Shown: positions 12,596 through 26,516 of the stretch, one piece after another
Position numbering within the stretch: the first letter of the stretch is position 1
How the letters are laid out: each line of letters starts with the position of its first letter
NCBI RefSeq assembly: GCF_006345805.1
Contig: NC_043012.1
Span: 41,664,001-41,728,000 of the forward strand
DNA: 64,000 nucleotides
Reading direction: 5' to 3'
From: Octopus sinensis
Taxonomy: Eukaryota
Notes under the pieces: model-generated
What the model was told of the DNA's origin: nothing
Database searches by the model: none
What the model saw: only the letters and a program-made list of their open reading frames with translations
Translations under genes and position numbers: made by a program

Positions 12596-12988
12596 TGGCT
12601 GTGTGGTAAGTAACTTGCTAACCAACCACATGGTTCCGGGTTCAGTCCCACTGCGTGGTATCTTGGGCGAGTGTCTTCTGCCCCGGGCCGACCAATGCCT
12701 TGTGAGTGGATTTGGTAGACGGAAACTGAAAGAAGCCTTTCGTATATATGTATATATATAAGTGTGTGTGTGTATATGTTTGTGTGTCTGTGTTTGTCCC
12801 CCTAGCATTGCTTGACAACCGATGCTGGTGTGTTTACGTCACCGTGACTTAGCGGTTCGGCAAAAGAGACCGATAGAATAAGTACTGGGCTTACAAAGAA
12901 TATGTCCCGGGGTGGATTTGCTCGACTAAAGGCGGTGCTCCAGCATGGCCGCAGTCAAGTGACTGAAACAAGTAAAAGAGTAAAAGAG

Positions 12989-12990
<2 letters not shown>
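12596..12990 (+). mobile_element. tRNA-derived SINE, near full length
   Basis: A box tggctgtgtggt and B box gggttcagtcc; core gagtggatttggtagacggaaactgaaagaagc repeated many times in the window. Confidence 0.8.
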
Positions 12991-13017
<27 letters not shown>

Positions 13018-13021
<4 letters not shown>

Positions 13022-14176
13022 ACGAAACGGACGGAATCGCCCGCCGTCGTCGCTCGCCCCGAACGGCTCACAAGTTCGCCACGGAACCCAAAGAGGAGAG
13101 AGGAGAGATACAACAACAACCACAACCGCAGCAGCACAGAGATACAGAGGCACAACCAGAGAGAACACCCAAAAGAGGCACAGAGGCAACAGAGACACTG
13201 GCTTATATTTAACAACAGTTTATACGACAATCAATGGTTACAACATCAAATACATTTAAGGCAGACATTTAAAGAGAAGACATGCACGTGACTACTCAAT
13301 ACATCATACAACAGATCAAAGCATAATAAACAGCAATTCAAGAGTACAATTTAAAGTTCACGTCCGAAGACAACAGTTCTCTAAAGTCTCTTCTAAACAT
13401 CACAGATAAAGTGACATCAACAAGTCCTTTACTCAATTCTGAACATAAATACCCCCAACTCGATATCGACATATCGACAGAGTCCTTGACTGTTCTCTTC
13501 ACTGTTCAATACACCGTGACACATATCAATGCACAACACATACCTCAATTCCTAATTGAATCTGCCAGTGTCCCATCCTCTCAATACTGCTAAATCCTCT
13601 GAATACTGCTAATTCCCTTCTGTGCCGCCAAGCGTTCTCGCATCCAACTTGCTCCTAAAATTCCAACGCTTCTAAGATTCCAACTACTCGCTCTGACCTC
13701 CAGAATCCGACTGTCTTCTTCGAGGACCGGCCAGCGACTGCAAGATCCGTCTGTGTTCTTCGACGACCGCTCAACGACTCCAAGACCTCACTTCGTCTCT
13801 GTGCTTCTCCCACTCCCTCATCTCCCTCTGTCTATATCGCTCATACCCTTTCTAACTGCTCTCTTAGCCTTATACTCTATCTCTATTCTCAATCTGTCCC
13901 TTACTGCCTACTGCCTATCTCTATCGCCTGCTGCCTATTACCCTCTCTTGACAGCTCTACCATACTCTCTGCCTGTCCCTCTCTGCCCCCTCATCATCTC
14001 TCACGACATATTCAAGGGGTGTCCAGAGCGACCCCTAATTCACCCGCACAAGGTCACAGGTCATTCCAAAACCCATTAGTCCTCCATTAGACAAAGAACC
14101 CGTCACATTTCACCAGATATCATGGTGCCATTATTCCTATGTGGGTCACCAGAAATGCACCCAGCCAACCGTAACA
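13018..14176. mobile_element. Solo LTR (probably Gypsy-type) in (TA)n
   Basis: Begins TGTTACG and ends CGTAACA (7-bp terminal inverted repeat, TG...CA). ATAT on both sides. Non-coding. Confidence 0.7.
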
Positions 14177-14759
14177 ATATAATATATATATATACGTATA
14201 TATATACATATATATATATGTATATATATAAGTATATATATGTATATATGTATATATATAAGTATATATATATGTGTATATATGTATATATATAAGTATA
14301 TATGTATATATGTATATATATATATAAGTATATATATAACGGGAAGCTTTATGAAAATAAACATATGTATATATTAAATGTGATATATATAATGTATATA
14401 TATATGTTTATATGTATATATATAAGTATATTATATATATGTATATATGTATATATATAAGTAATATATATATATATATGTATATATAAGATATATATAT
14501 CGATGTATATATAAGAATATATATATATATAATATGTATATATGTATATATAAGTATATGTATATATGTATATATAAGTATATATATATATATGTATATA
14601 TGTATATATATAAGTATATATATATATGTATATTTGTATATATATAAGTATATATATATGGCATATATATAAGTATATATATATGTATATATGTATATAT
14701 ATTAAGTATATATATAGTATATATGTATATATAGTATAATATATATCTATATATGTATA

Positions 14760-14833
<74 letters not shown>

Positions 14834-14866
14834 GTATATATATGTATTATATGTATTATAAGTATA

Positions 14867-16111
14867 TATATTAGAAGAAATGAGGTAATCAGAAGATCGG
14901 ATGGTTTGTATTTACAGATATTTATTATATATTACATTTTTTACATATATATCATATCACTTAGTTCCTTAGCGCTTTCTCCCATTCTAGTGGGGTTTTT
15001 AAATGAAAATAAGTTCCTTTGCTGGGGATTTTAATCATTTTATAGTTTCTCGTTGTGATGGGGAGGAATGTAAGACAGTACAAGAGGGTGAGGTGGATGA
15101 GGAGAAAGTGAGAGGGAGAACATGTGTGTATGTGTGTGTGTGTGCGTGTGCGTGTGTGTGCGTGTGTGTGTTTGTATCTGAGGTGATTGCTAAAGACAAA
15201 GGGGGAAGGGAGAGGGAAGAAGAAGGAAAGAACTTTTTTGGTCTGCTGGACAGGATATTGACTCCAAGGGGGTTCTAAGAATTTCAGCTTTGACCACTTC
15301 ACAATGTCACTGAGTGTGTGATGGCGGGGAGGTAAGCCATAAATTATATTTCCTTTTAACATTGTGGGGATGGTCAAATGTCTTTTTGGGTTTTTAAGAA
15401 TTCTTATCACTTTGTATGATCGTTTTGTGGAGGTGTGTGTGTCTGTGTGAGTGTGTTTGTGTGTGCGTGTGTCTGTGTGTTTGGAGAACGGGAGAGAGAC
15501 AAAAAAAAAGAAAAAGAAAAATAAGGGAGGAAGGGGAAAAAGTTGTTGATACCACTATATACATATATACACGCTTATACATGAACTATTTGAAAAAAAA
15601 ACCTTTTTATCGGTTCAAAATGAACAACTAAATTTCACCATCTTGAAAATTGTATATCATATTCAAAATAAATGCAGATATGAACTGCAAGACGCAGAAC
15701 GTTATATACTGCATAACCTGCCCCACGTGCAAGGAGAATACGTAGGTGAAACTGGTAATTCTTTGTGCCAGCGAACCAGGATTCACCGACAACATATTCG
15801 GCAGGAAGAACTACGCAAAATACCACTAAGTCACACCACTACGTGTGGAGAAGGAAATTTAAGATCTTTCCCTTCTACAAACGTCCGAAGAACGACACTC
15901 TTTCAGGAGGAATATGGAAAAATATTTCATAGCTAAGTTCTCGCCCCAAATTAAATGGCTGAAACTTTACTCATCAATACATTGAAGGATAAATCTTTCG
16001 ATTTACAATATAATATAGTAGAACTTTAATGTGTGTGTATATATATATATATATATACTATATATATATATTCTATATTATATATATATATATATATATA
16101 TCTGTGTGTGT

Positions 16112-16151
<40 letters not shown>

Positions 16152-17352
16152 TGTGTGTGTTATATATATATTACCTGTTTATATCATTATATTATTTTTG
16201 TAATTTACTTGATCTTTAACTTGCCAATTGTCATTCTAATTCTAACATTCTATATGCAATTTTAAGATGGTGTAATTTGATTGTTCATTTTGAATCGATA
16301 GAAGGTTTTTTCTAATATTTCATGTATAAGCAAGTGTATATATATATAGTGACATTGAAGGACACATCTTTCGATTTACAATCTAATATAGTAGAACATT
16401 TAGTATACGTCTGTATATGTATATATATATGTGTGTGTGTGTATATATATATATTGCCTGTTATATACATTATATTATTTTTATAATTTACTTCATCTGT
16501 ACTTTTTAACTGTCACTTTAATTTTAACATTCCTATGATATACAATTTTCAAGATGGTGTAATTTAGTTGTTCATTTTGAACCGATAAAAAGGATTTTTT
16601 GACATATTTCATGTATAAGCGTGTATATATGTATATAGTGGTATAAATATCAACACAACTTTTTTCCCCTTCCTCCCTTATTTTTCTTTTTCTTTTTTTT
16701 TTGTCTCTCTTCCCTTCTCCAAACACACAGACACACGCACATGCCACACGCACACCACACACACACACACCCAACACAAACACACACACACCTCCACAAA
16801 ACGATCATACAAAGTGATAAGAATTCTTAAAACCCAAAGACATTTTGACCATCCCACAATGTTAAAAGGAAATATAAATTTTATGGCTTACCTCCCCGCC
16901 ATCACACCTCAGTGACATTGTGAAGTGGTCAAAGCTGAAATTCTTAGACCCCCTTGGAGTCAATATCCTGTCCAGCAGACCAAAAAAGTTCTTTCCTTCT
17001 TCTCCCCTCTCCCTTCCCCCCTTTCTGTTTAGCAATCACCTCAGATACAAACCACACACACGCAACACACACGCACACGCACACACCCACACCTACACAC
17101 ATGTTCTCCCTCTCACTTTCTCCTCATCCACCTCACCCTCTTGTACTGTCTTACATTCTCCCCATCACAACGAGAAACTATAAAATGATTAAAATCCCCA
17201 GCAAGGAATTTATTTCATTTAAAAACCCACTAGAATGGGAGAAAGCGCTAAGGAACTAAGTGATATGGATATATATGTAAAAAATGTAATATATAAAAAA
17301 TACTGTAAATACAACACCATCCGATTTTCTGATTACCTCATGTCTTCTAATA
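14867..17352. mobile_element. Penelope-like element remnant: GIY-YIG C-terminus (~15660-15960, +) between ~800-bp inverted arms
   Basis: Frameshifted NVIYCITCPTC / GEYVGETGNSL..R..HRQHIR...IPLS. Arms ~14867-15660 and ~16535-17352 are reverse complements. Internal direct repeat at ~15981 and ~16354. Confidence 0.8.
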
Positions 17353-19013
17353 TATATATATAGTATATATGTAATATATGTTAATATGTATATATACTTA
17401 CTATATATAATACATATATCTTAAAAGCAACAAATATATCACAAAACTGTTATTCAGCGATTCACCGTTCCCCTTTGAAACCCCCATATACAGAGAGAGG
17501 GAACGAGAAGAATAGAGGAAAATAGATAGTGAGGGAGCAAACTGGGGAGAGATATATTGTGCTGGAAGGGTGCAGTTGGGTTGTGGTGGGGCTGCAGTTG
17601 CGGATTACAGATACGAGAAAAGTGTTTGCACTGGAGTGTTAAACAAATGTGTGCTAAAGCATAAGGGTGAGATGCGGGTGGAAGATAGCTAAAAACACGG
17701 TGTCGGCCGGGAGGCGAGTTTGATAAGGTGACCAGGGTGTTTGGGGTAATGGGGTAAGAACTAGCTACTGTTGTTATCATTGCTATCGCATCATCATCGC
17801 CGTCATCATCACCATCCCATCACCCTCACAGCCGCCGCCGCCATCGTCATCGTCATCATTGGGGCAATAAAAGAGATTTCGTAGTCACAAATCGAATAGA
17901 TATAGCGGCCTGAAAGTAAATGCTTGTGTGTTAAGATAGGGAGAACACATTAAGCAATGTTAGAGGAATAAAAAAAAACTGGATGATCACGTTGGTCGTG
18001 TGTTTGATTAGCGACTTTGCTGGATCGGTGATGACTGGAGGTCGGGGTTGTGGATTAAGCAACAGTGACAATATTCAATAAACAACAAGACATCTGTTAT
18101 AATGAAAACTGTTGCAACAACAAAGAGTAAATCACTACAGCACCAATAATAGCTATTATTATTATTATCAAACTCGCTATTAAATCACACACCCGAGCAC
18201 CCGAGGAAAGGATGCTGTTGACAAGGTGCTCCCTGTTTCCTCCGTTCCCTGGAAAATTATTGGAACAAGTAACAATAACAACGAAAACAACAGCAGCAAA
18301 CTACAACAACAACAATAGCAAACTAAAACCCCAAACTACAACAACCACGACAATGACAAACAATTCTTTTTAATTTTGGCTCCGGAAGGGGCGGGTGAGG
18401 GGAACTGATTACACTTTATCCTCGGAAGGATGAAACACAATGCAGACCTCGGCGGCTTTTGAACTCAGAACGTCAAAAACTTGAAGAAATATCTCTAAGC
18501 AATTTGTCTAACGCGTTAACGATTCTGCCATCAAACTAAAAAACGAAACTTGAAGAGTTGGCTACAACAACAACAACAGCAACATCAATGATAACACACG
18601 AAGTTGGAGCCACTGGCTGAGTGGTTAGAGGGTCGGGCAAAATGCTTTGCGGTTCTCTTTGTTTCGAGTTCAAATGACCCTGAAGTCAATTGTTTTTTTC
18701 GTGTCAGGTCCTTTCGTTTCCTTCTCGAAGACGGTGTGTGAGATTTGAGGGAGATTTGGCTATTATTTCTAGCAGGTAATGTGACTATGTAGAGCCGCTC
18801 TAGTTGGTTCAGTACTAAAGAAGGTTATGCTGTCATGATGGCGGTGGAGGTGATGGTGGGGTGGCTATATGGGAAGATGAGATGAGAGGGGGGGTTATAT
18901 ACTGCGGTGGTTTTGATGGTTTAAGGAGAAGGATGGGGTGGGGTAGAGATTCTGTTTTAGCGGCGGTGGCGGTGACGGTGGTTATTGTGTCATGAGTGTG
19001 ATGGTGAGGGGTT

Positions 19014-19044
<31 letters not shown>

Positions 19045-19909
19045 TTACGTTCCAGTGTTGGCGGTGGGGCTGCAGCTTGCAGAGAGGCACTGATAGGGGT
19101 TACGTTGTAATGGTAGCGGTAGGAGGCGGTAGGAGGCGGTGTTCGGCAGGAGAGAGAGAGAGAGAGAGTGAGGGAGAGGAAGAGGAAAATGTCTATTGAC
19201 GGTGATGGTTCGTGTGATTGTGGAATATTTCGCTATTTTCTGGTTTTAATTTTTGTTTTTTGTCGAATATTTCCAGGCAGGAATGAAGCGGGTCGGGAGG
19301 GGCAGGGCAGTTTGTTAAAAACGGTTTTTGCTTATTGTTTTTCATTTTCATAGTTTGTTCTTATTATTATATAATTTCTATTTCTACCCCTCACTCCACA
19401 CCACACCCGTCTTGTGTCAACCCACATCCGACTTCCGGTTGCTTACCGACAGCCATTTTTACACATGGCTAACTGAGGTCCACTCTCTCACCACCACCAC
19501 CACCACCACACCACACCACCACAACCGTCACTGGCCTTTCACCTCTGCCGCTGCCGCCATACATGCACCGCCACCGTTCATCACCACCACCACCACTACT
19601 ATTGCATTAACTACAACTACTACTACAACCACTTCTATCAATATATCCCTGCTACTACTATTCATTATTGTACGAAAATACTACTAACATACTATTACTA
19701 CTACTACTTGAAGAACAACAACAACAACTATTACTACTACAAGTACCTTATAACCTTGTTCGTGTCACCTATCAAAAGTCCACCCACCCATTCATACACA
19801 CACACACACAGACACCACACACACAGCACGCACAAACAGAACAACTCCCGCGATACACCATGGCCACCACCAAGCCTTTGCAGTATGCCTCATCTCCATT
19901 CTCCTCTTC

Positions 19910-20685
19910 AGCCTCCCCCTCCGTCACCCCTCCCCTCATCACCCACCCTCCATCACCCCTCCACTCCATACCCTTTCCCCTCTATCACCCCTCCTTCATC
20001 ACCCCTCCCCTCAATCACCCACCCTCCATCACCCCTCCCTCCATTACCTTTCCCCTCTATCACCCCTCCTTCATAACCCCTCCCCTCAATCACCACTCCC
20101 TCAACCTCCACTTCATTACCCTTTCCCCTCTATCAACCTCCTTCATCACCCCTCCCCTCATCACCCACCCTCCATCACCCCTCCACTCCATACCCCTCCC
20201 CTCATCACCCCTCTTCATCACCCCTCCCCTCAATCACCCACCCTCCATCACCCCTCACTCCATTACCCTTCCCCTCTATCACCATCCTTCATCACCCCTC
20301 CCCTAATCACCCACCCTCCATCACCCCTCCACTCCATTACCCTTTCCCCTCTATCACCCCTTTCATCACCCCTCCCCTCAATCACCCACCCTCATCACCC
20401 CCCACACTCCATTACCCTTTCCCTCTTAGCACCCCTCCTTCATCACCCCTCCCCTCAATCACCCACCCTCCATCACCCCTCCACTCCATTACCCTTTCCC
20501 CTCTATCCCCCTCCTTCATCACCCCTCCCCTCAATCACCCACCCTCCATCACCCCTCCACTCCATTACCCTTTCCCCTCTATCACCCCTCCTTCATCACC
20601 CCTCCCCTCAATCACCCACCCTCCATCACCCCTCCACTCCATTACCCTTTCCCCTCCATCACCCCTCCTTCATCACCCCTCCCTC
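19910..20685. repeat. C-rich minisatellite with ~77-bp higher-order unit
   Basis: Recurrent ccctcaatcacccaccctccatcacccctcc... built from atcacccctcc sub-motifs. Confidence 0.9.
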
Positions 20686-21090
20686 TTCTCGATCAACTTA
20701 AAATAAACGATCTTTAAACACAATTACAGTTGATTCTGAAGGAAAAGGGTGCTGCCCGTAGCCTTTGCCCCTTCAACTACGACTGCAGCATGTGACAGTG
20801 TTGGTGGCTGTGGTAGCGGTGGTGGTGGAAGATAGAAGGGGATGGGAAGGGAGGGAGGGACGTTACTCGAGGTTAAGATGGTTAATGTCCAGGTCGAACT
20901 TTACAAGGTCAATCATAGAGGTTCAAGGCGAAGCATTAAGAGGTAAGACGACCCCAACAAGTCATGTGTGTACGCACACGCACACACATTGGTACATACA
21001 CACACACCACACCAAACACGCATATGTATATATATAATATATATGCACACACACACAAATAAACATTTATTATATATATATATTTAAAAA

Positions 21091-21167
21091 ATAATCAAAA
21101 TAAGCAACAAGGATATCCAGAGGTAATGCATTATCTTTGGATATCCTTGTTGCTTATTTTGATTATA
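21091..21167. repeat. Short fold-back palindrome at a TA-flanked insert
   Basis: ataatcaaaataagcaacaaggatatcca ... tggatatccttgttgcttattttgattat. Confidence 0.85.
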
Positions 21168-21261
21168 ATCACTCCATTTTGAATTATATGGATAATACCA
21201 TACCAAATTCTGGTGCGTTTAACTTAAGTACCATATTCAATTGAATCTAAATTTTACTGAA

Positions 21262-21296
<35 letters not shown>

Positions 21297-21399
21297 GTGG
21301 CGTCATTCGAAGGCTAAAACAATGCGAACGCATTGTGACCAGCGATGTGTTACAACATCTGATGGTCTGGTCGGTCACGTGATCACGTGATATATAAAC

Positions 21400-22297
21400 A
21401 TATGTATATATGGGTACAGGACGTCACCAACAGTAAGCAACATGAAATACGAAAACAAATGAGTTCAATAGGCAAACAACGAGAGAAGCATACAACATGC
21501 CACGTGTCTCGAAGCGATCTTTCAGGCTTAGTTCATAACGCTTGATGTATTCAAAGCCAGGATACCGGACTATTATGAGAAAGAATGACAAACAAAAAAA
21601 GGAAGAACGTGGAGAAAAATAGAACAAGATCAACGCAGTTGTTTATGAAACCAAATTTACTGCAGTGCTCCAAGACAACATAATTGAGATGAGAAATTAC
21701 ATCGATTTATACGAAGGCAATTTTAAAGACCGTTAGACAAACCACATTCTTTCAGGCACAATGAGAAAAATAAGGCCTCTAAGTTGGCCAGCTATGTATG
21801 GCATCTGAAAACCAAATACAATCAAGTGTAGAATTGTTGAGAAATCTGCGCCGTGTATAAATGGCTAAAAAGATGCAAATTATGCTTTGCTGAAAAGATC
21901 ACACATTCATTTTATGTCCAAGAATTTCCCCACACTATTTAATTCCAAATCCGAAATGTTTAGCAAATGTAAGTGTCCATGGACAGATTTCTTTTGTCGA
22001 ACTGGAGGCCACCACCCTTTCTGGATTGAGGAGCTATCTTACTGACTTTGGCCTCCTTTCTCTTACATTATTCTGCCCCAGCTACATTAATTATATATTT
22101 TTTTTATTTTCTTACTTTTTTCTTTTCCTGTCGTTCTATTTTTTTTTCATAAATCTTCTTCGCGGTTTTTTCTTTTCGTTTTTTTCTCTCTCAACTGAAC
22201 TTGAAAGGTTGCTTGCAGATAGATGGCATGTTATATAAATTTGCCGTTTTAATATATCTTGAAGCTTGAAACTATTATTAGCTCTTTGTGTATATTA

Positions 22298-22300
<3 letters not shown>
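21400..22300 (+). pseudogene. Decayed Penelope-like GIY-YIG fragment with 3' region
   Basis: Broken frames ~21630-21980 read VVYE...NFKDR..NH / SKLASYVWHLK / RCKLCFAEK. 21400-21490 is an inverted homologue of 35375-35450. Confidence 0.55.
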
Positions 22301-22331
<31 letters not shown>

Positions 22332-22799
22332 TATATATGTATGTATGTAATCCAATGTAATCCAAGGAAAAGTTAAGGCCAATACTGCCTGGCCTCAGTA
22401 CCGTCACAGAACGCAAAGAACTGTAACAGAACGCAAGAACTGTAACATAAGGAATTCTGATGTTCTATCGATTTTATTAATTCTCCATCTTGGACTGACA
22501 TTTCATTTGATTGGCACCGGAGGGATAAAAAGAGAAGTGGATACCTCGGTGTGGTATGAATTCAGAACGTAATGAGTCTGAACAAATAGCGCAAAGATTT
22601 TAGCCAGCGCTCCAATGACTCGTCCAACACGTCTCCTTAACTGTCAGGAATCGGATCTATCCGTTTAGATTTCGATGTCACATTATGCTTTGCTGAAAAG
22701 ATCATACATTCATTTTATGTCCGAGAATTTCCCCACACTTCGTGTTTTTGACTTCATAAGGATACTATTCTAGAGAAACTTAAAATCGTTACATTAAGT

Positions 22800-22935
22800 C
22801 AGTGGTTGGTAAACTGCAACCCGCAGGACTTTCTGGATAGCATGCCTAACGAAAAAGTACCTTGATTTCTTTTTAATTGTGCGGTCCACCTGATAATGAG
22901 CCGTATCTCATGCGGCACGCTTCTCGATAAAGTTT
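22800..22935. mobile_element. Possible short hAT-type MITE
   Basis: Starts cagtggttggtaaactgcaacccgc; near the end are tgcggcacgc and aagtttgcaca, an imperfect inverted match. Confidence 0.35.
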
Positions 22936-24042
22936 GCACATATTTACATTAAGTGTAGAGTTGAATAGAGTCTCTAGAAGATATCCTAGAAGATTGTGGT
23001 GCAGAGTGAAAAACGTTTATTTCTTGGTCAGACTTGTTCATTTTCACAAATGGTAAATCTGTTTCCATGGCAGAATTTTGTCTGAACATTGATTGTTTTG
23101 TTGGTTGGATCTTTGCCTTCTTCAGACACTCTTTAGACAACCGATTCCACGTTTCAAATGTTCAAAAAAAAAACTATTCTATGTTTTCTTCAAACCTTTC
23201 TTTTTATTCCTTAATCTTAGAATTTTGCAGTCTATTGGTTTTTGTTTTGTTGCTTCTAATTTTTCCATAAATCTCTGCTGCTTCGCTTTGTTAGATCAGA
23301 ATGAATATAATATTTTTTTTCTTTTGATTACCAACAAAATTGCAGAAAGTAACTAAGTTTGTACACGAAATAAATGGAAAAAAAAAAGGAATAAAACTTT
23401 GAAATTAATTGGTCAACTAATTAGTCCAGGCTACAGAATCATTAATTACAAATGTCGCTTTAGACAAACAGAAGGATCAACAAAACCAAGTTTATCCCCC
23501 CCCACACACACACACCGAAGAAAACTTCTCAATTATTAATGAACCGAAATCGGTAATTCCTTTATCGCTGTATTGAACTCACCTACTCCAGCGTCTAGTT
23601 AAGAAATAGTCTGATCGACACAGGTGAAAGATATGAAACAAATATGATTGATTTCAATGACTCTTATGACTCGTCACTGATAAGTTGTTGAGTGAAACCT
23701 CAAGTTTTTATATTGTTTGTTTTATCAAAGAAAAACTTGGCGGTTAAACATATTCTTTAATTCTTATCGAATTTCTTTCAAGCTTTTCATTTTTTTTTTT
23801 TCTGGTTGCATGGAAACTAATTGTAGTGACTTGCAGGTGCGGGTTGCCATAATCAATCAGTAGATGCCCCCTACTCCAGGCAGTATCGATTTTACACTCT
23901 CGTTCTCCGGTTGACCCGCGGTTCTAGATTATCGCACAAATCCAATCGCTAAGTAAGCAACTGAATACAAGTCGTAGGAAATATTGTTATCATCATCCTT
24001 ATTATTGTTGTTGTTGTTATTGCTGTTTTTGTTATTATTATT

Positions 24043-24237
24043 AAGGCGGCGTTCTGGCAGAATCGTTAACACACCGGGCGAAATGCTACGTTCTGAGTTC
24101 AAATTCCGCCGAGGTCGACTTTGCCTTTCATCCTTTCGGGGGTCAGTGAAATAACTACCACTTGTGTACTAGGGTCGGTGTGATCGACTAGCCCTATCCC
24201 CTCAAATTCCAAGCATTGTGCTTATAGTAGTAAGGGA

Positions 24238-24276
<39 letters not shown>

Positions 24277-24660
24277 GGCGATGAGCTGGCAGAATCGTTA
24301 GCACGCTGGACGAAATGCTTAGCGCTATTTCGCCTGTTGCTATGTTCTGAGTTCAGTTTCCGCCAAGGTTGACTTAGCCATTCATCCTTTCGGGGACGAT
24401 AAACTAGGCTCCAGTTACGTACTGGGGTCAATGTAATCGACTGAGCCCTCCACCCAAATTTCAGGCCTTGTGCCTACAGTAGAGAAGATTATTATCATCA
24501 TTATTCCGCCGAGGTCGACTTTGCCTTTCATCTTTTCGGGGTCGATTAAATAAGTACCAGTTGCGCACTGGGTCGATGTAATCGTCTTAATCGTCTTTTG
24601 CCCATTGTGGTAATCGTCTTTTAATCGTCTTTTACCCATTGTGGTAAAAGTTTGAAATCA
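24043..24660 (+). mobile_element. Cluster of three copies of a second SINE family between (ATT)n tracts
   Basis: Repeated ggcggcgagctggcagaatcgttag...gagttcaaattccgccgaggtcgactttgcctttcatcc. Other copies at ~18400-18530 (-), ~48545-48755 (-) and ~26960-27025 (-). Confidence 0.75.
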
Positions 24661-24687
24661 TCATCATTATTATTATTATTATTATTA

Positions 24688-24719
<32 letters not shown>

Positions 24720-24920
24720 TATGTTTGACTTTTGCTCAAGAGACAACAGGGTTGGAAGTTCATGTTGTTGTTATGCCTAGTGTGCCATATATTTGGGGGG
24801 TGGGGATGTACTAATGAATGTCTAAAAAAAAAAAGGGGGGGGTTTCTTCTTTTTTGTTTCCTTTTTTCTTTCCCTTTAAACCGAAAATTATGTTTGTTTT
24901 AAACCTTGAGATTACATAGA

Positions 24921-24976
<56 letters not shown>

Positions 24977-24978
<2 letters not shown>

Positions 24979-26350
24979 GCTTATCTTTTGCTTTGTATTT
25001 GTACAAGTTGACTCCAAATCTCACCCAGGGACCTCAACAGAGAACAAGTTAGAAGTTCAAGTTGGCGTTATGCCTGGGGTGTCATATATTTGGTTTTGCA
25101 CATAGTATTGTTCTTGACAATGTTTAAGAAAGCATAAGAAAATTATAAGTTTGATTTAAAATTTGAGATTACATACAGTATTTTACGCAGGATATGGGCA
25201 GTTCCCATGAGCACTATCTTTTGAATTTCTGCGTTTTTGAGTGTCCTGGTATCTGAGCTAGGTAGGAATCAGCCCCTTTTGCTATCATTCCTAAGGCACC
25301 TATGACAATCGGTATTGTTTAAGTCTTCAGGTTCCACATTTCTATTTCAAGATCTTTATATTTGCTCAGTTTTTGGTAGGTCTTGACAGATACGTTTATA
25401 TCAATTGGGACAGTCATATCAATGAGGAGGCATGGTTTTTGTCTGAAGTCTTTCAATATGATGTTTGGCCTATTTGCATCTATCTTTCTGTCAGTTTGAA
25501 TGGTGAAGTGTAGCTCCATCATGCCTGTTGGGATACTCTGTAGGCGCAAGAAGACTGCACTTGGAGACAACATGATCAATGGTTTCATCTTGTTTACATA
25601 CACGACATGTTGGGCAGCTGCCATTTTTTAATATGTTGACCTGGTAGCACCTTGTAGGTAGACATTGATCTTGGGCTGCTATCATCAACCCTTTGGTTCT
25701 GATTCCAAGCCAGAAGCCACTAACCATTGATGGGTAAGGGCTTTGTCAACATCGGCATTATTAGCTCTCTTTGGGTATTTGCCATTGAGGGGTTTTCTTA
25801 CCATTTATCAGTAAGAAGATCTAAGGTAGCAGTTTTAGCACGGGTTTTCATACGCTTAGCTTTTTCTGTGCTTGTTTCCAATATGTCTATTTCTGAAGTT
25901 TGTTGTATTTGGAATTCATTTAGATATTCCTTTACCTGTTTTGTTACTGAATATGATTTCTTGTTTTCAAACAAGTTTTAACATCCGGTCATTAGCGTTT
26001 TTCATGTAGGTGTTTAGGCCAAATGTGGCAATCATCATTATTAATTCCACGGCCACCCTCTTTTCTTGGCAAGTAGAGTCGTTCTATATCTGCCTTAAGG
26101 TGGAGCATTCTATGCATTGTCAACAGTTTTCGTATTTTTCTGTCAAGATTACATATTTCAGTAATTGACCACTTAATGATATTAAAACTGTAAGTCAAGA
26201 CCGGTATGGCTAAAATATTGATCGCTTCGATCCTGATTTTTGCATTCAACTCTGTCTTGAGTATTGCCCTTACCCTGCGATAACAACCTCTTCTGATCCT
26301 TTCCCTCATCATTGAATGCTTGATTCCGTCCCCTTCAAATACCCCGTAGG
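24977..26350 (-). mobile_element. Degenerate Dong/R4-like LINE 3' part in (ATT)n
   Basis: ORFs 25992..26312, 25491..25727 (AAQDQ.L.TR, C.VC...ETIDHVVSKC) and 25319..25624 (ANRPNII...LIDMTVP) parallel the 44-47 kb element. Confidence 0.8.
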
Positions 26351-26516
26351 TATTATTATTATTATTATTTCTACTGTAGGCACAAGCCCTTGAACATTTT
26401 GTGGGGAAGGGGAGCTAGTCGATTCTGCCGCTCGCCGCCTTAATAATGATAATAATAATTTCTATTATAAATACAAGCCCTGACTTTTTTTATGGATGGT
26501 GGGGTGTAGTCGATTA

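Noticed and set aside
12596-12670. tRNA gene
   Set aside because: A/B boxes belong to a multi-copy SINE head; no full cloverleaf.
19668-20306. 212-aa proline-rich ORF
   Set aside because: Translation of the C-rich minisatellite and trinucleotide repeats.
23674-23712. CTGATAA...GAAA hammerhead-like spacing
   Set aside because: Core mismatch and no convincing stems.
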